Below, piece by piece: positions 45,604 to 56,514 of a stretch of 58,999 nucleotides of DNA. The DNA is from Myxococcales bacterium LLY-WYZ-16_1 (lineage in GTDB: Bacteria; Myxococcota; Kuafuiibacteriia; Kuafuiibacteriales; Kuafuiibacteriaceae). Under the pieces are notes generated by a model. That model was not told the origin of the DNA. It saw nothing but the letters and a program-made list of their open reading frames with translations, and did not search any database. Positions within the stretch are counted from its first letter, which is position 1; each line of letters opens with the position of its first letter. The stretch covers positions 1-58,999 of the forward strand of contig DAPKRQ010000278.1 in assembly GCA_031800475.1 (NCBI GenBank), in the 5' to 3' direction. The position numbers and the translations under genes are program-made.

Positions 45604-45902
45604 AATCCGCAGCGACGCAGGTTGGACTGCAAAATGCAAAGTCACTCGGTAGAATGGGGCAGGTCATCAGAGTCTTCAACCCAACGGATATCGAGTGGAA
45701 GCGGCTTCGACAGTCGGAAGCGCGCGAGTATCGCGCCTATACGGCGGCTGGCGTTGCCTTGTTGCTGCCGGTGGTCGCTGCCCGTCGCTTGATGAGGACG
45801 GTTCTTCGAACGGGTTCGAAGGACCTTCACGCCGGCGTCTCCCTGTTGGGGGAGACGCGCGGCGAAGTTCAAAAGATTCTGGCCTTCGTCTTCATGGCGT
45901 AG
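45600..45902 (+). CDS. pufQ: PufQ-like protein
   Basis: Between bchZ and pufB. EAREYRAY + TM + [17 protein letters not shown] pattern. Start may instead be 45654. Confidence 0.65.
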   Translation: MKSAATQVGLQNAKSLGRMGQVIRVFNPTDIEWKRLRQSEAREYRAYTAAGVALLLPVVAARRLMRTVLRTGSKDLHAGVSLLGETRGEVQKILAFVFMA

Positions 45903-46024
45903 GTCGGTTCGAGACTCGCCTCGGCGAGTCGTGACGTTCACCGTGGCCGCTTCGGCCCGGGGATCCCAGCCGCGCGGGATGTGGGCGCGGTCTGAGCGTG
46001 AGACGCTCAGCGAAAGGAGAATGC

Positions 46025-46249
46025 ATGGCAGAAGGAACGAGTATATTCTCACAATCGGGACTGAGTGAGGCCGAAGCCAAAGAGGTTCACGGCTACTTCG
46101 TCCAGTGGTTCGCCATTTATCTGCTGTTCGCCATCGTTGCGCACCTCCTGGTGTTCTTCTGGCGACCGTGGATTCAGCCCGGTGAGCCCACGTCGATGAT
46201 CGATGGGGCTTCAACCGTCGTGCAAACGGCGATGACGATGCTGGTCTGA
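46025..46249 (+). CDS. pufB: LH1 beta subunit
   Basis: SGLSEAEAKEVH...AIVAHLLVFFWRPW. RBS AAGGAG. Confidence 0.96.
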   Translation: MAEGTSIFSQSGLSEAEAKEVHGYFVQWFAIYLLFAIVAHLLVFFWRPWIQPGEPTSMIDGASTVVQTAMTMLV

Positions 46250-46264
46250 GGGGAGATATCGAAA

Positions 46265-46453
46265 ATGCACAAGATGTTCATGGTCTTCGACCCTCGGCAA
46301 GCGTTCGTTGCACTGGTGACGTTCCTGGCGATCCTCGCTTTTGGAATTCACGCGCTCTTGCTCAGCACCGAGCGGTACAACTGGCTGGAAAACCCGGGAA
46401 GCGGACAGGGCAGCGCTGCAGAGCAGATGTCTGCCATGCCGCCTTCCTACTAA
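46265..46453 (+). CDS. pufA: LH1 alpha subunit
   Basis: MHKMFMVFDPRQ...LAFGIHALLLSTERYNWLE. Confidence 0.96.
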   Translation: MHKMFMVFDPRQAFVALVTFLAILAFGIHALLLSTERYNWLENPGSGQGSAAEQMSAMPPSY

Positions 46454-46463
46454 ACGGCCATCT

Positions 46464-46501
46464 CGCATCAACGGCGGCGGTTCGACGCCGCCGTTGATGC
46501 G
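46464..46501 (+). promoter_or_regulatory. pufA-pufL intercistronic stem-loop
   Basis: Perfect 16-bp stem cgcatcaacggcggcg-gttcga-cgccgccgttgatgcg. Confidence 0.8.
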
Positions 46502-46535
46502 CTGAGGCCCTCCGCGAGGATTATGGAGGTTTATC

Positions 46536-47360
46536 GTGGCCTTGCTCAGTTTTGAACGGAAGTACCGGGTGCGTGGAGGGACCCTCATTGGCGGCGACCT
46601 TTTCGACTTCTGGATCGGTCCCTTTTACGTAGGGTTCTTCGGCCTCACCACGGCCTTCTTTTCGGTGCTCGGGACGCTCCTGATCATATGGGGCGCAGCA
46701 CGCGGTCCGACCTGGAACGTGTGGCGCATCAACATCGAGCCGCCCCCGCTCGAGTACGGGCTCGGGATGGCACCTCTGGACCAGGGAGGGTTGTGGCAGC
46801 TGATCACGATCTGCGCCATTGGCGCCTTTGTTTCCTGGGTGCTCAGGCAGGCAGAGATCAGCAGAAAGCTCGGAATGGGCTATCACATTCCCTTTGCCTA
46901 CGCCGTTGCCGTGTTCGCCTACGTGACCTTGGTGGTCATTCGTCCGGTTTTGTTGGGGGCGTGGGGCCACGGTTTTCCGTACGGCATCTTTAGCCACCTC
47001 GACTGGGTTTCGAACGTGGGCTATCAATACCTGCACTTTCATTACAATCCCGCCCACATGATTGCTGTGACCTTCTTCTTCACGACCACGCTCGCATTGG
47101 CGATGCACGGTTCTCTCATTCTCTCGGCCGTGAATGTGCCGAAAGGCGAGACGGTGAAGGGAGCCGAGTATGAGGACGGGTTCTTCCGAGACTTCATCGG
47201 CTACTCGATCGGTGCCGTCGGCATTCACCGGCTGGGACTGTTCCTCGCATTGAGCGCGGGCGTGTGGAGCGCAATCTGCATCGTGATCAGCGGGCCGTTC
47301 TGGACCCGGGGTTGGCCCGAGTGGTGGAACTGGTGGCTCGAGCTCGGGATCTGGAACTGA
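46536..47360 (+). CDS. pufL: reaction centre L subunit
   Basis: [53 protein letters not shown]. Confidence 0.99.
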   Translation: MALLSFERKYRVRGGTLIGGDLFDFWIGPFYVGFFGLTTAFFSVLGTLLIIWGAARGPTWNVWRINIEPPPLEYGLGMAPLDQGGLWQLITICAIGAFVSWVLRQAEISRKLGMGYHIPFAYAVAVFAYVTLVVIRPVLLGAWGHGFPYGIFSHLDWVSNVGYQYLHFHYNPAHMIAVTFFFTTTLALAMHGSLILSAVNVPKGETVKGAEYEDGFFRDFIGYSIGAVGIHRLGLFLALSAGVWSAICIVISGPFWTRGWPEWWNWWLELGIWN

Positions 47361-47378
47361 CGCGAAGGGATTCGAACG

Positions 47379-48350
47379 ATGGAATATCAAAACATCTTCA
47401 CCCAGGTGCAGACCAAAGGGCCGATGGAAAAGGGCCCACCCATCGACGAGGACTTGTGGCCTCGGTCGACGTGGATGCGGTTCAGTCATCTGATCGGGCG
47501 ATTCGGTAACGCCCAAGTCGGTCCGATCTATCTCGGTTGGTTCGGAATCACGTCCGCCGTTTGCTTTTTGGTGTCGTTCTGCATCATCGGATTCAACATG
47601 TGGGCTTCGGTCCAGTGGAACCCGATCGAATTCATACGCCAGCTTCCGTGGCTGGCTCTGGAGCCGCCTCCGCCGTCGATGGGGCTGTCATGGCCTCCGC
47701 TGAACCAGGGAGGGTGGTTTCTCATCGCTGGCGTGTTTTTGACCGCTTCGGTCATTTTGTGGTGGTTCCGCTGCTACTATCGAGCTCGGGCCCTCGGGAT
47801 GGGAACCCACCTGGCATGGGCCTTCGCTTCGGCGATCTGGCTGTTCTTGGTGCTTGGTTTCATTCGACCGGTGGCCATGGGGAGCTGGGGCGAGGCGGTG
47901 CCGTACGGCATCTTCCCGCACTTGGATTGGACCGCGGCCTTTTCCATCCGGTACGGCAACCTGTTTTACAATCCGTTCCATGCCCTATCGATCGTGTTCC
48001 TGTATGGGTCGACGCTGTTGTTCGCCATGCACGGTGCCACGGTCTTGGCGGTCAGCCATCTGGGCGGTGAACGGGAGATTGGGCAGATCGTCGACCCGGG
48101 TACCGCAACGGAGCGCAGCGCTTTGTTCTGGCGCTGGACCATGGGCTTCAACGCGACCTTCGAGTCGATCCACCGCTGGGCTTGGTGGTTCGCCGTGTTG
48201 ACCACCCTGACGGGCGGCATCGGCATCCTTTTGACCGGCACGGTGGTGGACAACTGGTACTTGTGGGCGGTGAAGCACGGGGTCGCTCCCGACTACCCGC
48301 AGGTCTATCCGGTGGTGCCGGATCCTGCGATGACCGAGGTGCCGCAATGA
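47379..48350 (+). CDS. pufM: reaction centre M subunit
   Basis: [52 protein letters not shown]. Confidence 0.99.
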   Translation: MEYQNIFTQVQTKGPMEKGPPIDEDLWPRSTWMRFSHLIGRFGNAQVGPIYLGWFGITSAVCFLVSFCIIGFNMWASVQWNPIEFIRQLPWLALEPPPPSMGLSWPPLNQGGWFLIAGVFLTASVILWWFRCYYRARALGMGTHLAWAFASAIWLFLVLGFIRPVAMGSWGEAVPYGIFPHLDWTAAFSIRYGNLFYNPFHALSIVFLYGSTLLFAMHGATVLAVSHLGGEREIGQIVDPGTATERSALFWRWTMGFNATFESIHRWAWWFAVLTTLTGGIGILLTGTVVDNWYLWAVKHGVAPDYPQVYPVVPDPAMTEVPQ

Positions 48351-49981
48351 CTCCTTCATTCTTCATCAAACTGTTCACCGTCGTCTTCGTGGTGCTGGGC
48401 GTCGTGTTGACCATCGACACCTGGACCAGCGTGGAAGCCGTGCAACGCGGCTTCTCGGGGGTTGGAATGGAGGTGGTCTACAAGGACCACATGCTGCAGG
48501 AAGACGCGGACCAGGTGGACGGGGTACCTCCGCCGCTGCCGATGGCTTCGTCCGAAGGGCTCAAGGCGGGTGAGGCCTACCAGAACGTGCAGGTGTTGGG
48601 AGACCTGTCGACCGGGCAGTTCACTCGGCTCATGACCCACATCACCCAATGGGTGTCGCCGGAGCAAGGCTGCAACTACTGCCACTACGCCGAGAATCTG
48701 GCGTCGGACGGCAAGTACACGAAGGTCGTGTCGCGCCGAATGATCCAGATGACGCAGCACCTGAACGAGAACTGGAGCAGTCACCTGCAAAACGCGGGCG
48801 TGAACTGCTACACCTGCCACCGCGGGATGAACGTGCCGCAGTACATCTGGTTCGAAGAGCCGGAACACCCGATGAAGGATCGGGCGCTGGGCAACCCTGG
48901 TGGACAGAACATGGCCTCGTACCGGGTGGGGTCGGCGTCGCTCCCCAGCAACGTGTTCGAGACCTTCTTGCAGGAAGACTACAACATTCGAGTCGTCGGT
49001 CCGACGGCCCTGCCGACCGGCAACAACCGGTCGATCAAGCAGACCGAATGGACCTACGGTCTCATGATGCACATGTCGAACTCGCTCGGCGTCAACTGCA
49101 CATACTGCCACAACAGCAGGTCGGTTGCGGAGTGGGGGCAGAGCCCGCCGGCTCGAGCCACCGCGTGGTACGGCATCCGCATGGTCCGTGACGTAAACAA
49201 CAACTATTTGGATCCACTGAAGCCCGTGTACCCAGAATACCGGTTGGGCCCCACCGGAGACGCGCCGAAGGCCAACTGCACGACCTGTCACCAGGGCGTG
49301 TACAAGCCGCTGCTCGGTATGAACATGGTGGAGGACTACCCGTCGCTGAAGAAGTACGTGCCCTACGAGCCGAGCGAAGAGGCCGAAGAGGCCGAAGAGG
49401 CAGCGGACGAGGCGGATGAGGCGGATTCGGAAGAGGAAGGGGCTGACGAAGAAGCGGACGCAGAGTCCGAGGAAGACGAAGCGGACGACGAAGAGGTAGA
49501 AACCTCGAAGGCGGATGCGGGCGAGGCCGACGCGGCGCAGGCAGCGACCGCTGAGGCTGCAGCGTCCGGCGAACGGGCCCCGAAGCCGTCCCCCGAGGCG
49601 GAAGAGGCCGAGGCGGAACAGGCCGAGGCGGAAGAGGGGCAGGCGGCAGCCGCGTCGAAGGCAACCGGCGACGCGGACGCGTCCGAGACGGCGACCGAAG
49701 CCGAATCCAAAGCGACGGCTGGGGTCGAGTCGACCGAGTCGGCCACCGAAGCCGGCGCCGAGGCGGCGGCGAAGCCGGCAGAGCCGACCGAGTCGGCCAC
49801 CGAAGCCAAGGCGGAGGGGGCCGAGACGACGGAGTCGGCCACCGAGGCCCAGGCGGACGGGGAGGCGGCCGCTGAAGAGGCGGCTGCTGCCCCAGCGAAA
49901 AAGCCCGCCGAGGAGACGGCCACCCAGGCCGCTTCGCCCGACACCGAGACCGAGACCGGCACGGAAGCCTCGGACGGCTGA
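48347..49981 (+). CDS. pufC: tetraheme RC cytochrome c subunit with a long acidic C-terminal tail
   Basis: [19 protein letters not shown], four CxxCH (CNYCH, CYTCH, CTYCH, CTTCH). ATGA overlap with pufM. Confidence 0.97.
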   Translation: MTPSFFIKLFTVVFVVLGVVLTIDTWTSVEAVQRGFSGVGMEVVYKDHMLQEDADQVDGVPPPLPMASSEGLKAGEAYQNVQVLGDLSTGQFTRLMTHITQWVSPEQGCNYCHYAENLASDGKYTKVVSRRMIQMTQHLNENWSSHLQNAGVNCYTCHRGMNVPQYIWFEEPEHPMKDRALGNPGGQNMASYRVGSASLPSNVFETFLQEDYNIRVVGPTALPTGNNRSIKQTEWTYGLMMHMSNSLGVNCTYCHNSRSVAEWGQSPPARATAWYGIRMVRDVNNNYLDPLKPVYPEYRLGPTGDAPKANCTTCHQGVYKPLLGMNMVEDYPSLKKYVPYEPSEEAEEAEEAADEADEADSEEEGADEEADAESEEDEADDEEVETSKADAGEADAAQAATAEAAASGERAPKPSPEAEEAEAEQAEAEEGQAAAASKATGDADASETATEAESKATAGVESTESATEAGAEAAAKPAEPTESATEAKAEGAETTESATEAQADGEAAAEEAAAAPAKKPAEETATQAASPDTETETGTEASDG

Positions 49982-50265
49982 TTCGGCCGGCCGGTCTCGC
50001 CGCCGTCTGCGAGCCGACCCCCGCTTTCCTTTCCTTTCTCTTCTGTACGGATTTTCGACCTGTCTCGCCGCGAGTCGCGGCCCCGTGAAAAGGTTCCCGT
50101 TGACGGGAAGCGGCCGACGGCCCAAACGACCCCGGTGCCGGCGACGCTCGCAAGGGAAGGCCCAACCTATCTCCCCTCGATGACAGAGATTTCGGCGGTT
50201 CTGCCGGAGTGGGCGGCAGGATTTGGGCTGCTCTTTTCGATGGACGCCGAAATCTCGGCTGCGCC

Positions 50266-50295
50266 TTGCAAACCCTAAATTTGCGGTGCTAGCGT
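50266..50295 (+). promoter_or_regulatory. possible sigma70-type promoter for the act operon
   Basis: TTGCAA-N18-TAGCGT with TG extension, ~60 bp before actA. Confidence 0.3.
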
Positions 50296-50356
50296 CCCGC
50301 CGCGCTTGGGACTGGGGGGTGATGACCGAACCCCACCCTGGAGGAGGCCGTTTTCC

Positions 50357-51004
50357 GTGACCCACATGTTTCCCCGATGGACCAACCATCTTCCGACCGC
50401 GGTGGCGGTCGGCGTACCGCTGCTGGGTGTCGCCGTGGTCCTCGGCGTCTACTACTTCTTTTCTCCCTACTACACCGACGTCGGCTACGAGCCGACGCAA
50501 CCGGTCCCGTACAGTCACGCCCTGCACGCAGGTGAGATGGGTATGGACTGCCGGTACTGCCACAACACGGTGGAGTACGCTGCCCACGCCGCGGTTCCCC
50601 CGACATCCACCTGCCTGAACTGTCACAAGTACGTGAAGGCCAACAGCGAGAAGCTCTCCCTCGTTCGACAGTCGGGCGAGACCGGCGAGCCGATTCCGTG
50701 GGTCAAGATCCACCAGCTGCCGGACTATGCGTACTTCAACCATAGTGCGCACGTCGGGGCCGGTGTCGGCTGCGTCTCCTGCCACGGTCGCGTCGACCAG
50801 ATGGAGGAGGTCTGGCTGCACGAACCCCTCAGCATGGGTTGGTGTCTGGACTGTCACCGAAATCCGGAACCGCACCTGCGACCGGTTTCCGAAGTGACGA
50901 ACATGGCCTATGACCCCGTGGCTGCCGGCTATGACCCGAGCGAAGACCCGAACCGGACCCGCGAGGTGAATCCCCCGGTCCACTGCGCAGGATGCCACCG
51001 ATGA
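50357..51004 (+). CDS. actA: alternative complex III pentaheme cytochrome c subunit
   Basis: N-terminal TM, QPVPYSHALHAG, five CxxCH, LPDYAYFNHSAH, PLSMGWCLDCH. Confidence 0.92.
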   Translation: MTHMFPRWTNHLPTAVAVGVPLLGVAVVLGVYYFFSPYYTDVGYEPTQPVPYSHALHAGEMGMDCRYCHNTVEYAAHAAVPPTSTCLNCHKYVKANSEKLSLVRQSGETGEPIPWVKIHQLPDYAYFNHSAHVGAGVGCVSCHGRVDQMEEVWLHEPLSMGWCLDCHRNPEPHLRPVSEVTNMAYDPVAAGYDPSEDPNRTREVNPPVHCAGCHR

Positions 51005-53892
51005 CTCGAGAAACGATTTCCGCTGCCGGGCCCCACAATCCCGGCCGACGCAACTTTCTGTCCGCCGTGGGCGCAACCGTTGCGAGCCTCCAGACCGCGG
51101 CTTGCATTCGGAAGCCCTACGAAAAGATCCTTCCCTACGCCGAGCGTCCAGAAGACCTGGTGCCCGGCGAAGCCCGCCACTACGCCACCGTGTGGAACGT
51201 GGGCGGCGCCGTGCAGGGCCTGCTGGTGCGCTCCACCGACGGCCGGCCCACCAAGGTCGACGGCAACCCGAACCACCCCATGACCGGGGGGTCGACGATT
51301 TGGGCTCAGGCCTCGGTCCTGTCCTTGTACGATCCCGAGCGCTCGAAGGAGCCGGTTCGCGAGGGGGAGGGCGTCAGTCCCGATGAGGCCGTCGGATTCT
51401 TGAAGAAGTTGCCCGACGAGATCGGCGACGGTTCGGGCCTCGCGGTCGTGGTGCCGGAGCTTCCGTCGCCCACCGCCGATCGACTCTGGGAAGACATTCG
51501 AGCGAAGTATCCAAAAGCCGAGCTGTACCGTTTCGACGGTGCCGGCACCGACCATGCCCGAGCGGGTGCTGCCATGGTGGGTATCGAAGGCGCGGCCTGG
51601 ACGACCGATGGCACGCCGACGGTGATCGCTGCCTTCGATGCCGATCCGATCGGGACCGAAGGCGACACCACTGCATTCACCAAGGCGTTCGCGGCGGGTC
51701 GAGACCCGAACAGAAAGCCGGCTGAGGCAAACCGCCTGTACGTGGTCGAGCCGCACGTCTCGATCACTGGCTCCAACGCCGACCACCGCATGGCGGTGAA
51801 AGGTTCCGAGGTTGGCGATTTCCTGGCCGCCCTGGCGCACCACCTCAAGAAGGGCGGGCTGAACGTCCCGACCCTGGACGCGCCGAAAGACAAGCTCGAC
51901 TCGAAATTCGTCAAGGCGTTGGCGAAGGATCTGCTGTCGCGAAAGCGTGGAAGCACGATCGTGATGGTCGGCGAGCGGCAGCCCGCCCACGTTCATGCGC
52001 TCGGGTTCGTGTTGAACGAAGCGCTCGGAAACTTCGGCAAGACCCTTCGCTTCACCAAGCAGGGACCGACCGAGGTGGGCGCACTTTCGGACCTGGTTCG
52101 GCGCATGAACGATGGATCGGTAAAGCAGCTGGTCGTCATGGGCAGCAACCCGGTCTACGAAGCTCCGGCGGATCTGAACTTCGGCGAGTTGTTCCAGAAG
52201 GTCCCTCTGACGATTCACCTGGGCTTGTATCGGGATGAAACGGGCCGCCTCGCCACTTGGCACATTCCGCAGAGCCACTATCTGGAGTCCTGGGGTGACC
52301 TGCGGGCCCGGGAGGGCACGACGGCCATCCAGCAGCCGCTGGTCGCGCCCCTATACCCGTCGTTGTCCCCGATCGAATTCATGGCTCGCCTGACCGGAGC
52401 CGAATCGAAGGGCTACGATCTGGTTCGTGCCACCCACCAGGGGGCTATCTCCGGTGGTTTCGACAAGCGCTGGCAGCGGTGGCTTCACGACGGCGTCGTC
52501 GACGTGGGCCAGGCCCCGTCGTTCGTCCCGAGCGTGAAGACCGATGGGTTGGCCGCAGCATACAAGTTCCGGGCCGAACGAGCGCAAGGGCTGGAGCTCG
52601 CGTTCGTGCGGGACAACGCGGTTCTCGACGGTCGCTTTGGCAACAGCCCGTGGCTGCAGGAGCTGCCCGATCCGATCACCAAGATCGCGTGGGACAACGC
52701 GGCTGTGGTCTCACCGAACACGGCCGAGAAGATCGGTGTCCCGAACAACCTCGAGCAGTCGTCGGTGCGCGATACCGTCATGGTGGACGTGTCGGTGGGC
52801 GGCGAGACCGTGCGCCTGCCGGTCTGGGTGCAGCCCGGCACTGCCGAAGACGTGGTCGTGCTGTCGCTGGGGTACGGGCGCAAGCACGGCGGCAAGTTCG
52901 CGAAGTCGGGCTTCGACGTGAACTCCCTCCGAACCGCCGAATCGCCGTACATTCGGAGCGGTGCGAAGGTGACGCCCACGCGAAAGGGCTACGCGGTGGC
53001 GTGCATGCAGCCCGAAGCGAGCATGCACGACCGGCCGATCGTCCGGGACGCCACCCGTGGCGACTTCACCGATGAACCGAACTTCGTCGAGAAGTTCGAG
53101 GTCATGGACGAGGACCACGTTGCTAGCCTCCTTTGGGACGAACCAGAGTACACGGCCGAGCACCAGTGGGCATTGACCATCGACCTGAACTCCTGCGTCG
53201 GCTGTGGTTCGTGCACCGTCGCCTGCCAGGCCGAAAACAACATTCCGTGGGTCGGCAAGGAAGACGCGCTCAAGGGTCGCGAGATGCACTGGATTCGGAT
53301 CGATCGCTATTTCGAGCCGAAGCACTCGGACCAGGTGGAAGTGCGGTACCAGCCCATGGCCTGCGTGCAGTGCGAGACCGCTCCCTGCGAGAACGTGTGT
53401 CCCGTCGGTGCGACGGTCCACGGACCCGAAGGCCTGAACAACATGGCGTACAACCGCTGCATCGGCACCCGGTACTGCAGCAACAACTGCCCGTACAAGG
53501 TGCGGCGCTTCAACTTCTTCCATTACACCGTGCGGAACGACGCGGACTACGGCATGGGCATCGCAATGCAGCGCAACCCGGACGTGACGGTCCGCTATCG
53601 AGGCGTGATGGAGAAGTGCACGTACTGCGTGCAGCGCATCAACAAGGCACGGATCCACGCCAAGGTGAACGGCGACGGCATCATCCCGGATGGCACGGTG
53701 AAGACCGCCTGCCAGGAGGCTTGCCCGGCCGACTGCATCACGTTCGGGAACATCCGGGACCCGGACAGCAAGGTGTCCCACACCCGAGAAGATCCTCGAA
53801 ATTATGCCGTGCTCTCCGAGCTGAACCTTCGGCCCCGGACCACCTACCTGGCGAAGTTGACCAACCCGAACCCGGATTTGGCAGAAGGGTGA
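51001..53892 (+). CDS. actB: ACIII subunit B (molybdopterin-oxidoreductase-like domain plus Fe-S domain)
   Basis: RRNFL Tat motif and [33 protein letters not shown], four Cys clusters ([33 protein letters not shown]). Confidence 0.93.
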   Translation: MTRETISAAGPHNPGRRNFLSAVGATVASLQTAACIRKPYEKILPYAERPEDLVPGEARHYATVWNVGGAVQGLLVRSTDGRPTKVDGNPNHPMTGGSTIWAQASVLSLYDPERSKEPVREGEGVSPDEAVGFLKKLPDEIGDGSGLAVVVPELPSPTADRLWEDIRAKYPKAELYRFDGAGTDHARAGAAMVGIEGAAWTTDGTPTVIAAFDADPIGTEGDTTAFTKAFAAGRDPNRKPAEANRLYVVEPHVSITGSNADHRMAVKGSEVGDFLAALAHHLKKGGLNVPTLDAPKDKLDSKFVKALAKDLLSRKRGSTIVMVGERQPAHVHALGFVLNEALGNFGKTLRFTKQGPTEVGALSDLVRRMNDGSVKQLVVMGSNPVYEAPADLNFGELFQKVPLTIHLGLYRDETGRLATWHIPQSHYLESWGDLRAREGTTAIQQPLVAPLYPSLSPIEFMARLTGAESKGYDLVRATHQGAISGGFDKRWQRWLHDGVVDVGQAPSFVPSVKTDGLAAAYKFRAERAQGLELAFVRDNAVLDGRFGNSPWLQELPDPITKIAWDNAAVVSPNTAEKIGVPNNLEQSSVRDTVMVDVSVGGETVRLPVWVQPGTAEDVVVLSLGYGRKHGGKFAKSGFDVNSLRTAESPYIRSGAKVTPTRKGYAVACMQPEASMHDRPIVRDATRGDFTDEPNFVEKFEVMDEDHVASLLWDEPEYTAEHQWALTIDLNSCVGCGSCTVACQAENNIPWVGKEDALKGREMHWIRIDRYFEPKHSDQVEVRYQPMACVQCETAPCENVCPVGATVHGPEGLNNMAYNRCIGTRYCSNNCPYKVRRFNFFHYTVRNDADYGMGIAMQRNPDVTVRYRGVMEKCTYCVQRINKARIHAKVNGDGIIPDGTVKTACQEACPADCITFGNIRDPDSKVSHTREDPRNYAVLSELNLRPRTTYLAKLTNPNPDLAEG

Positions 53893-53899
53893 ACTGACG

Positions 53900-55327
53900 A
53901 TGGATATGCGAGTTTCGCGAGACCCCGTGGACCGGCGGCCGTTGTTGGTCAACCCGCCCACGGACTACAACGGCGTCACGGAGGCGGTGGCCGCGCCGAT
54001 CGAATGGAAGACCCCCATGGGGTGGTGGATCTTCTTTTTGGTCTCGGCCGTCTTCGCGGCGATGTACGCCGGGAGCACCGCTTACCTGATCTGGGAAGGA
54101 ACCGGCATCTGGGGCCTGAACGTCCCGGTGGCCTGGGGCTGGGCCATCGTCAACTTCGTGTTCTGGGTCGGTATCGGTCACGCCGGGACGCTGATCTCGG
54201 CGGTGTTGTTCCTGTTCCGTCAAAAGTGGCGAACCAGCATCAACCGGTTCTCCGAAGCCATGACCATCTTCGCGGTGGTCTGTGCGTTGTCGTTCCCGAC
54301 GATCCACGTGGGCCGCATCTGGCTGCTGTACTGGGTGTTCCCCGTTCCGAACCAGATGGGCGCGTGGCCTCAGTTCCGAAGCCCGCTGCTGTGGGACGTG
54401 TTCGCGGTGAGCATCTACGGAACGGTGTCGGTCCTGTTTTGGTACACGGGATTGGTGCCCGACCTCGCCACCATGCGGGACCGGGTGAAGTCGAAGGTCG
54501 CCAAGTTCGCCTACGGAATCTTCGCGCTGGGCTGGACGGGTTCCACCCGCCACTGGCGACACTACGAAACCGCCTACATGCTCCTGGCCGGGCTCGCGAC
54601 CCCGCTGGTTCTGTCCGTGCACTCGGTCGTTTCGTTCGACTTTGCGGTGTCGCAGCTGCCCGGCTGGCACACCACGATCTTTCCCCCGTACTTCGTCGCC
54701 GGCGCGATCTTCTCCGGATTCGGCATGGTGCTCACGCTGATGTTGGTGTCTCGGGTGATATTCAAGCTCGAGCACATCGTTACGATGCACCACCTGGACA
54801 ACATGGCGAAGGTGGTCCTCTTGACCGGCATGATCGTGGGCTACGCCTACGGCATGGAATTCTTCATCGCGTGGTACGGCGGCAACGAATACGAGATGTT
54901 CGCCTTCATCAACCGGGCCTTCGGACCCTATTGGTGGGCGTACTGGAGCATGGTGAGCTGTAACGTCCTGATTCCGCAGGTCCTGTGGTTCAAGACGATC
55001 CGGCACAACGTGGCCGCGCTCTTCGTCCTCTCGATCTTCGTGAACATCGGAATGTGGTTCGAGCGCTACGTCATCGTGATCACCTTGAGCCGAGACTTCC
55101 TGCCGTCGAGCTGGGACATGTTCTATCCGACGGTGTGGGACTGGGCGGCGCTGCTCGGAAGCTTCGGCCTGTTTTTCACCCTGTTCTCGCTGTTCGTGCG
55201 GTTTCTGCCCATGGTCGCCATGGCTGAGGTGAAGAGCGTGATGCCCGAGTCCGACCCGCATCACGAGCCCGATGAAACGGAAGCCGCCAAACAACCGGCC
55301 ACCGCCACCGCAGGAGGTGCATCGTGA
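53900..55327 (+). CDS. actC: ACIII quinol-binding NrfD-family membrane subunit
   Basis: [65 protein letters not shown]. Confidence 0.94.
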   Translation: MDMRVSRDPVDRRPLLVNPPTDYNGVTEAVAAPIEWKTPMGWWIFFLVSAVFAAMYAGSTAYLIWEGTGIWGLNVPVAWGWAIVNFVFWVGIGHAGTLISAVLFLFRQKWRTSINRFSEAMTIFAVVCALSFPTIHVGRIWLLYWVFPVPNQMGAWPQFRSPLLWDVFAVSIYGTVSVLFWYTGLVPDLATMRDRVKSKVAKFAYGIFALGWTGSTRHWRHYETAYMLLAGLATPLVLSVHSVVSFDFAVSQLPGWHTTIFPPYFVAGAIFSGFGMVLTLMLVSRVIFKLEHIVTMHHLDNMAKVVLLTGMIVGYAYGMEFFIAWYGGNEYEMFAFINRAFGPYWWAYWSMVSCNVLIPQVLWFKTIRHNVAALFVLSIFVNIGMWFERYVIVITLSRDFLPSSWDMFYPTVWDWAALLGSFGLFFTLFSLFVRFLPMVAMAEVKSVMPESDPHHEPDETEAAKQPATATAGGAS

Positions 55328-55863
55328 GTTCTTCGAACAAAGTGTTTGCCGCCATCGGCGAGTTCTCGACGGTGAAGGAGATCTGGCACGCCTGCGAAAA
55401 GGTGCGAGATTCGGAGTTTACCAAGTGGGACGCCCACACACCCTTCCCCGTTCACGGGCTCGAGCACGCCATGGGGATGGGTCGGTCTCGCCTGCCGTTC
55501 TTCGTGTTCGCCATGGGCATCACGGGGGCGGCGGGAGCCTTCGCGCTGCAGTCGTGGATCTCGACCACCGCGTACCCGATCATCATCGCCGCCAAACCGT
55601 ACTTTTCGTGGCAGGCCTTCATCCCGGTGACGTTCGAGGTGATGGTGCTGTTCTCCGCGGGCAGCGCGGTGCTGGGCATGCTGTTTTTGAACCGCTTGCC
55701 GCGCTGGTGGAATCCGCTGCTCGAGTCGGAGACCTTCAAGCAGGTCACCAACAACAAGTTCATCATTTCGATCGAGGCCAGTGACCCGAAGTTCGACCCG
55801 GACGAGACGCAGGAGTTCCTGCGCTCCCTGGGAGCGAGCAAGGTCGAACTGGTCGAGGAGTAA
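55324..55863 (+). CDS. actD: ACIII subunit D (DUF3341)
   Basis: [11 protein letters not shown], two TMs, AFIPVTFE. Confidence 0.9.
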   Translation: MSSSNKVFAAIGEFSTVKEIWHACEKVRDSEFTKWDAHTPFPVHGLEHAMGMGRSRLPFFVFAMGITGAAGAFALQSWISTTAYPIIIAAKPYFSWQAFIPVTFEVMVLFSAGSAVLGMLFLNRLPRWWNPLLESETFKQVTNNKFIISIEASDPKFDPDETQEFLRSLGASKVELVEE

Positions 55864-55868
55864 GACCG

Positions 55869-56513
55869 ATGCGAGCGTACACCTTCACCGTCGTCTCGCT
55901 GGGGGCAGTCGCCGCGGTCGCCTGCGACCCGTACGGGAAGTTCGAGCGGCCCCCGATTCACCTGCAGCAAAACATGGACTTTCAGCGCTACTTCGAGGCG
56001 CAGGAAGAAAACCCGTTCTACTCGGACAAGCGGGCCATGCGCCCAGAGGTCGAGGGCACGGTGGCGGTCGGGCAACTGCGTGACGACCCCCATCTGTACC
56101 TGGGCAAGGAGAGCGAGGACGCCGAAGACTGGGTCCGCACCCTGCCGGCCCAGGGACCGGACGGGAAGCCGATCGAGGTCGACGAAGCGTTTTTGGCCCG
56201 AGGCAAGGAGCGATTCGGGATCTATTGCGCCGTATGTCACAGTGCCAGCGGCATCGAGCATGGCACTGCAGTGCAGCGCGGCATGCTGCCGCCGCCCAAG
56301 CTCAATGACGAGCGGTTGCTCACCATGCCGGTCGGCTATTTCTACGACGTGATCACCAACGGCGTTCGCAACATGCCGCCCTACGCTTCCCAGATCCCAG
56401 TGAAGGATCGCTGGGCCATCGCGGCGTACGTCCGGGTGCTGCAGCGGCGCTATCAGGCCCCGTTGGCGCAGGTGCCGGACGAGGTGGCTTCCGAGAAGGG
56501 ATGGAAGAACTGA
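55869..56513 (+). CDS. actE: ACIII monoheme cytochrome c lipoprotein
   Basis: AVAC lipobox, MDFQ, GTVAVG, RGKERF.IYCAVCH, MPPY..QIP..DRWAIAAYVR.LQ. Confidence 0.9.
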   Translation: MRAYTFTVVSLGAVAAVACDPYGKFERPPIHLQQNMDFQRYFEAQEENPFYSDKRAMRPEVEGTVAVGQLRDDPHLYLGKESEDAEDWVRTLPAQGPDGKPIEVDEAFLARGKERFGIYCAVCHSASGIEHGTAVQRGMLPPPKLNDERLLTMPVGYFYDVITNGVRNMPPYASQIPVKDRWAIAAYVRVLQRRYQAPLAQVPDEVASEKGWKN

Positions 56514-56514
56514 C

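Noticed and set aside
49690-49850. Spaced ~20-bp repeats resembling a CRISPR array
   Set aside because: In-frame coding repeats (TESATEA) with irregular spacing, and no cas genes.
50168-50185. TAT-N12-ACA upstream of actA as a PpsR box
   Set aside because: Single mismatched site with no partner; expected by chance.
48356-51076. 906-aa minus-strand ORF and nested Ala/Ser-rich ORFs
   Set aside because: Antisense to pufC/actA; the low complexity mirrors the PufC tail.
51001-55327. Molybdoenzyme/polysulfide reductase or Qrc interpretation
   Set aside because: The full actA-F order, including DUF3341, monoheme ActE and ActF, identifies ACIII.
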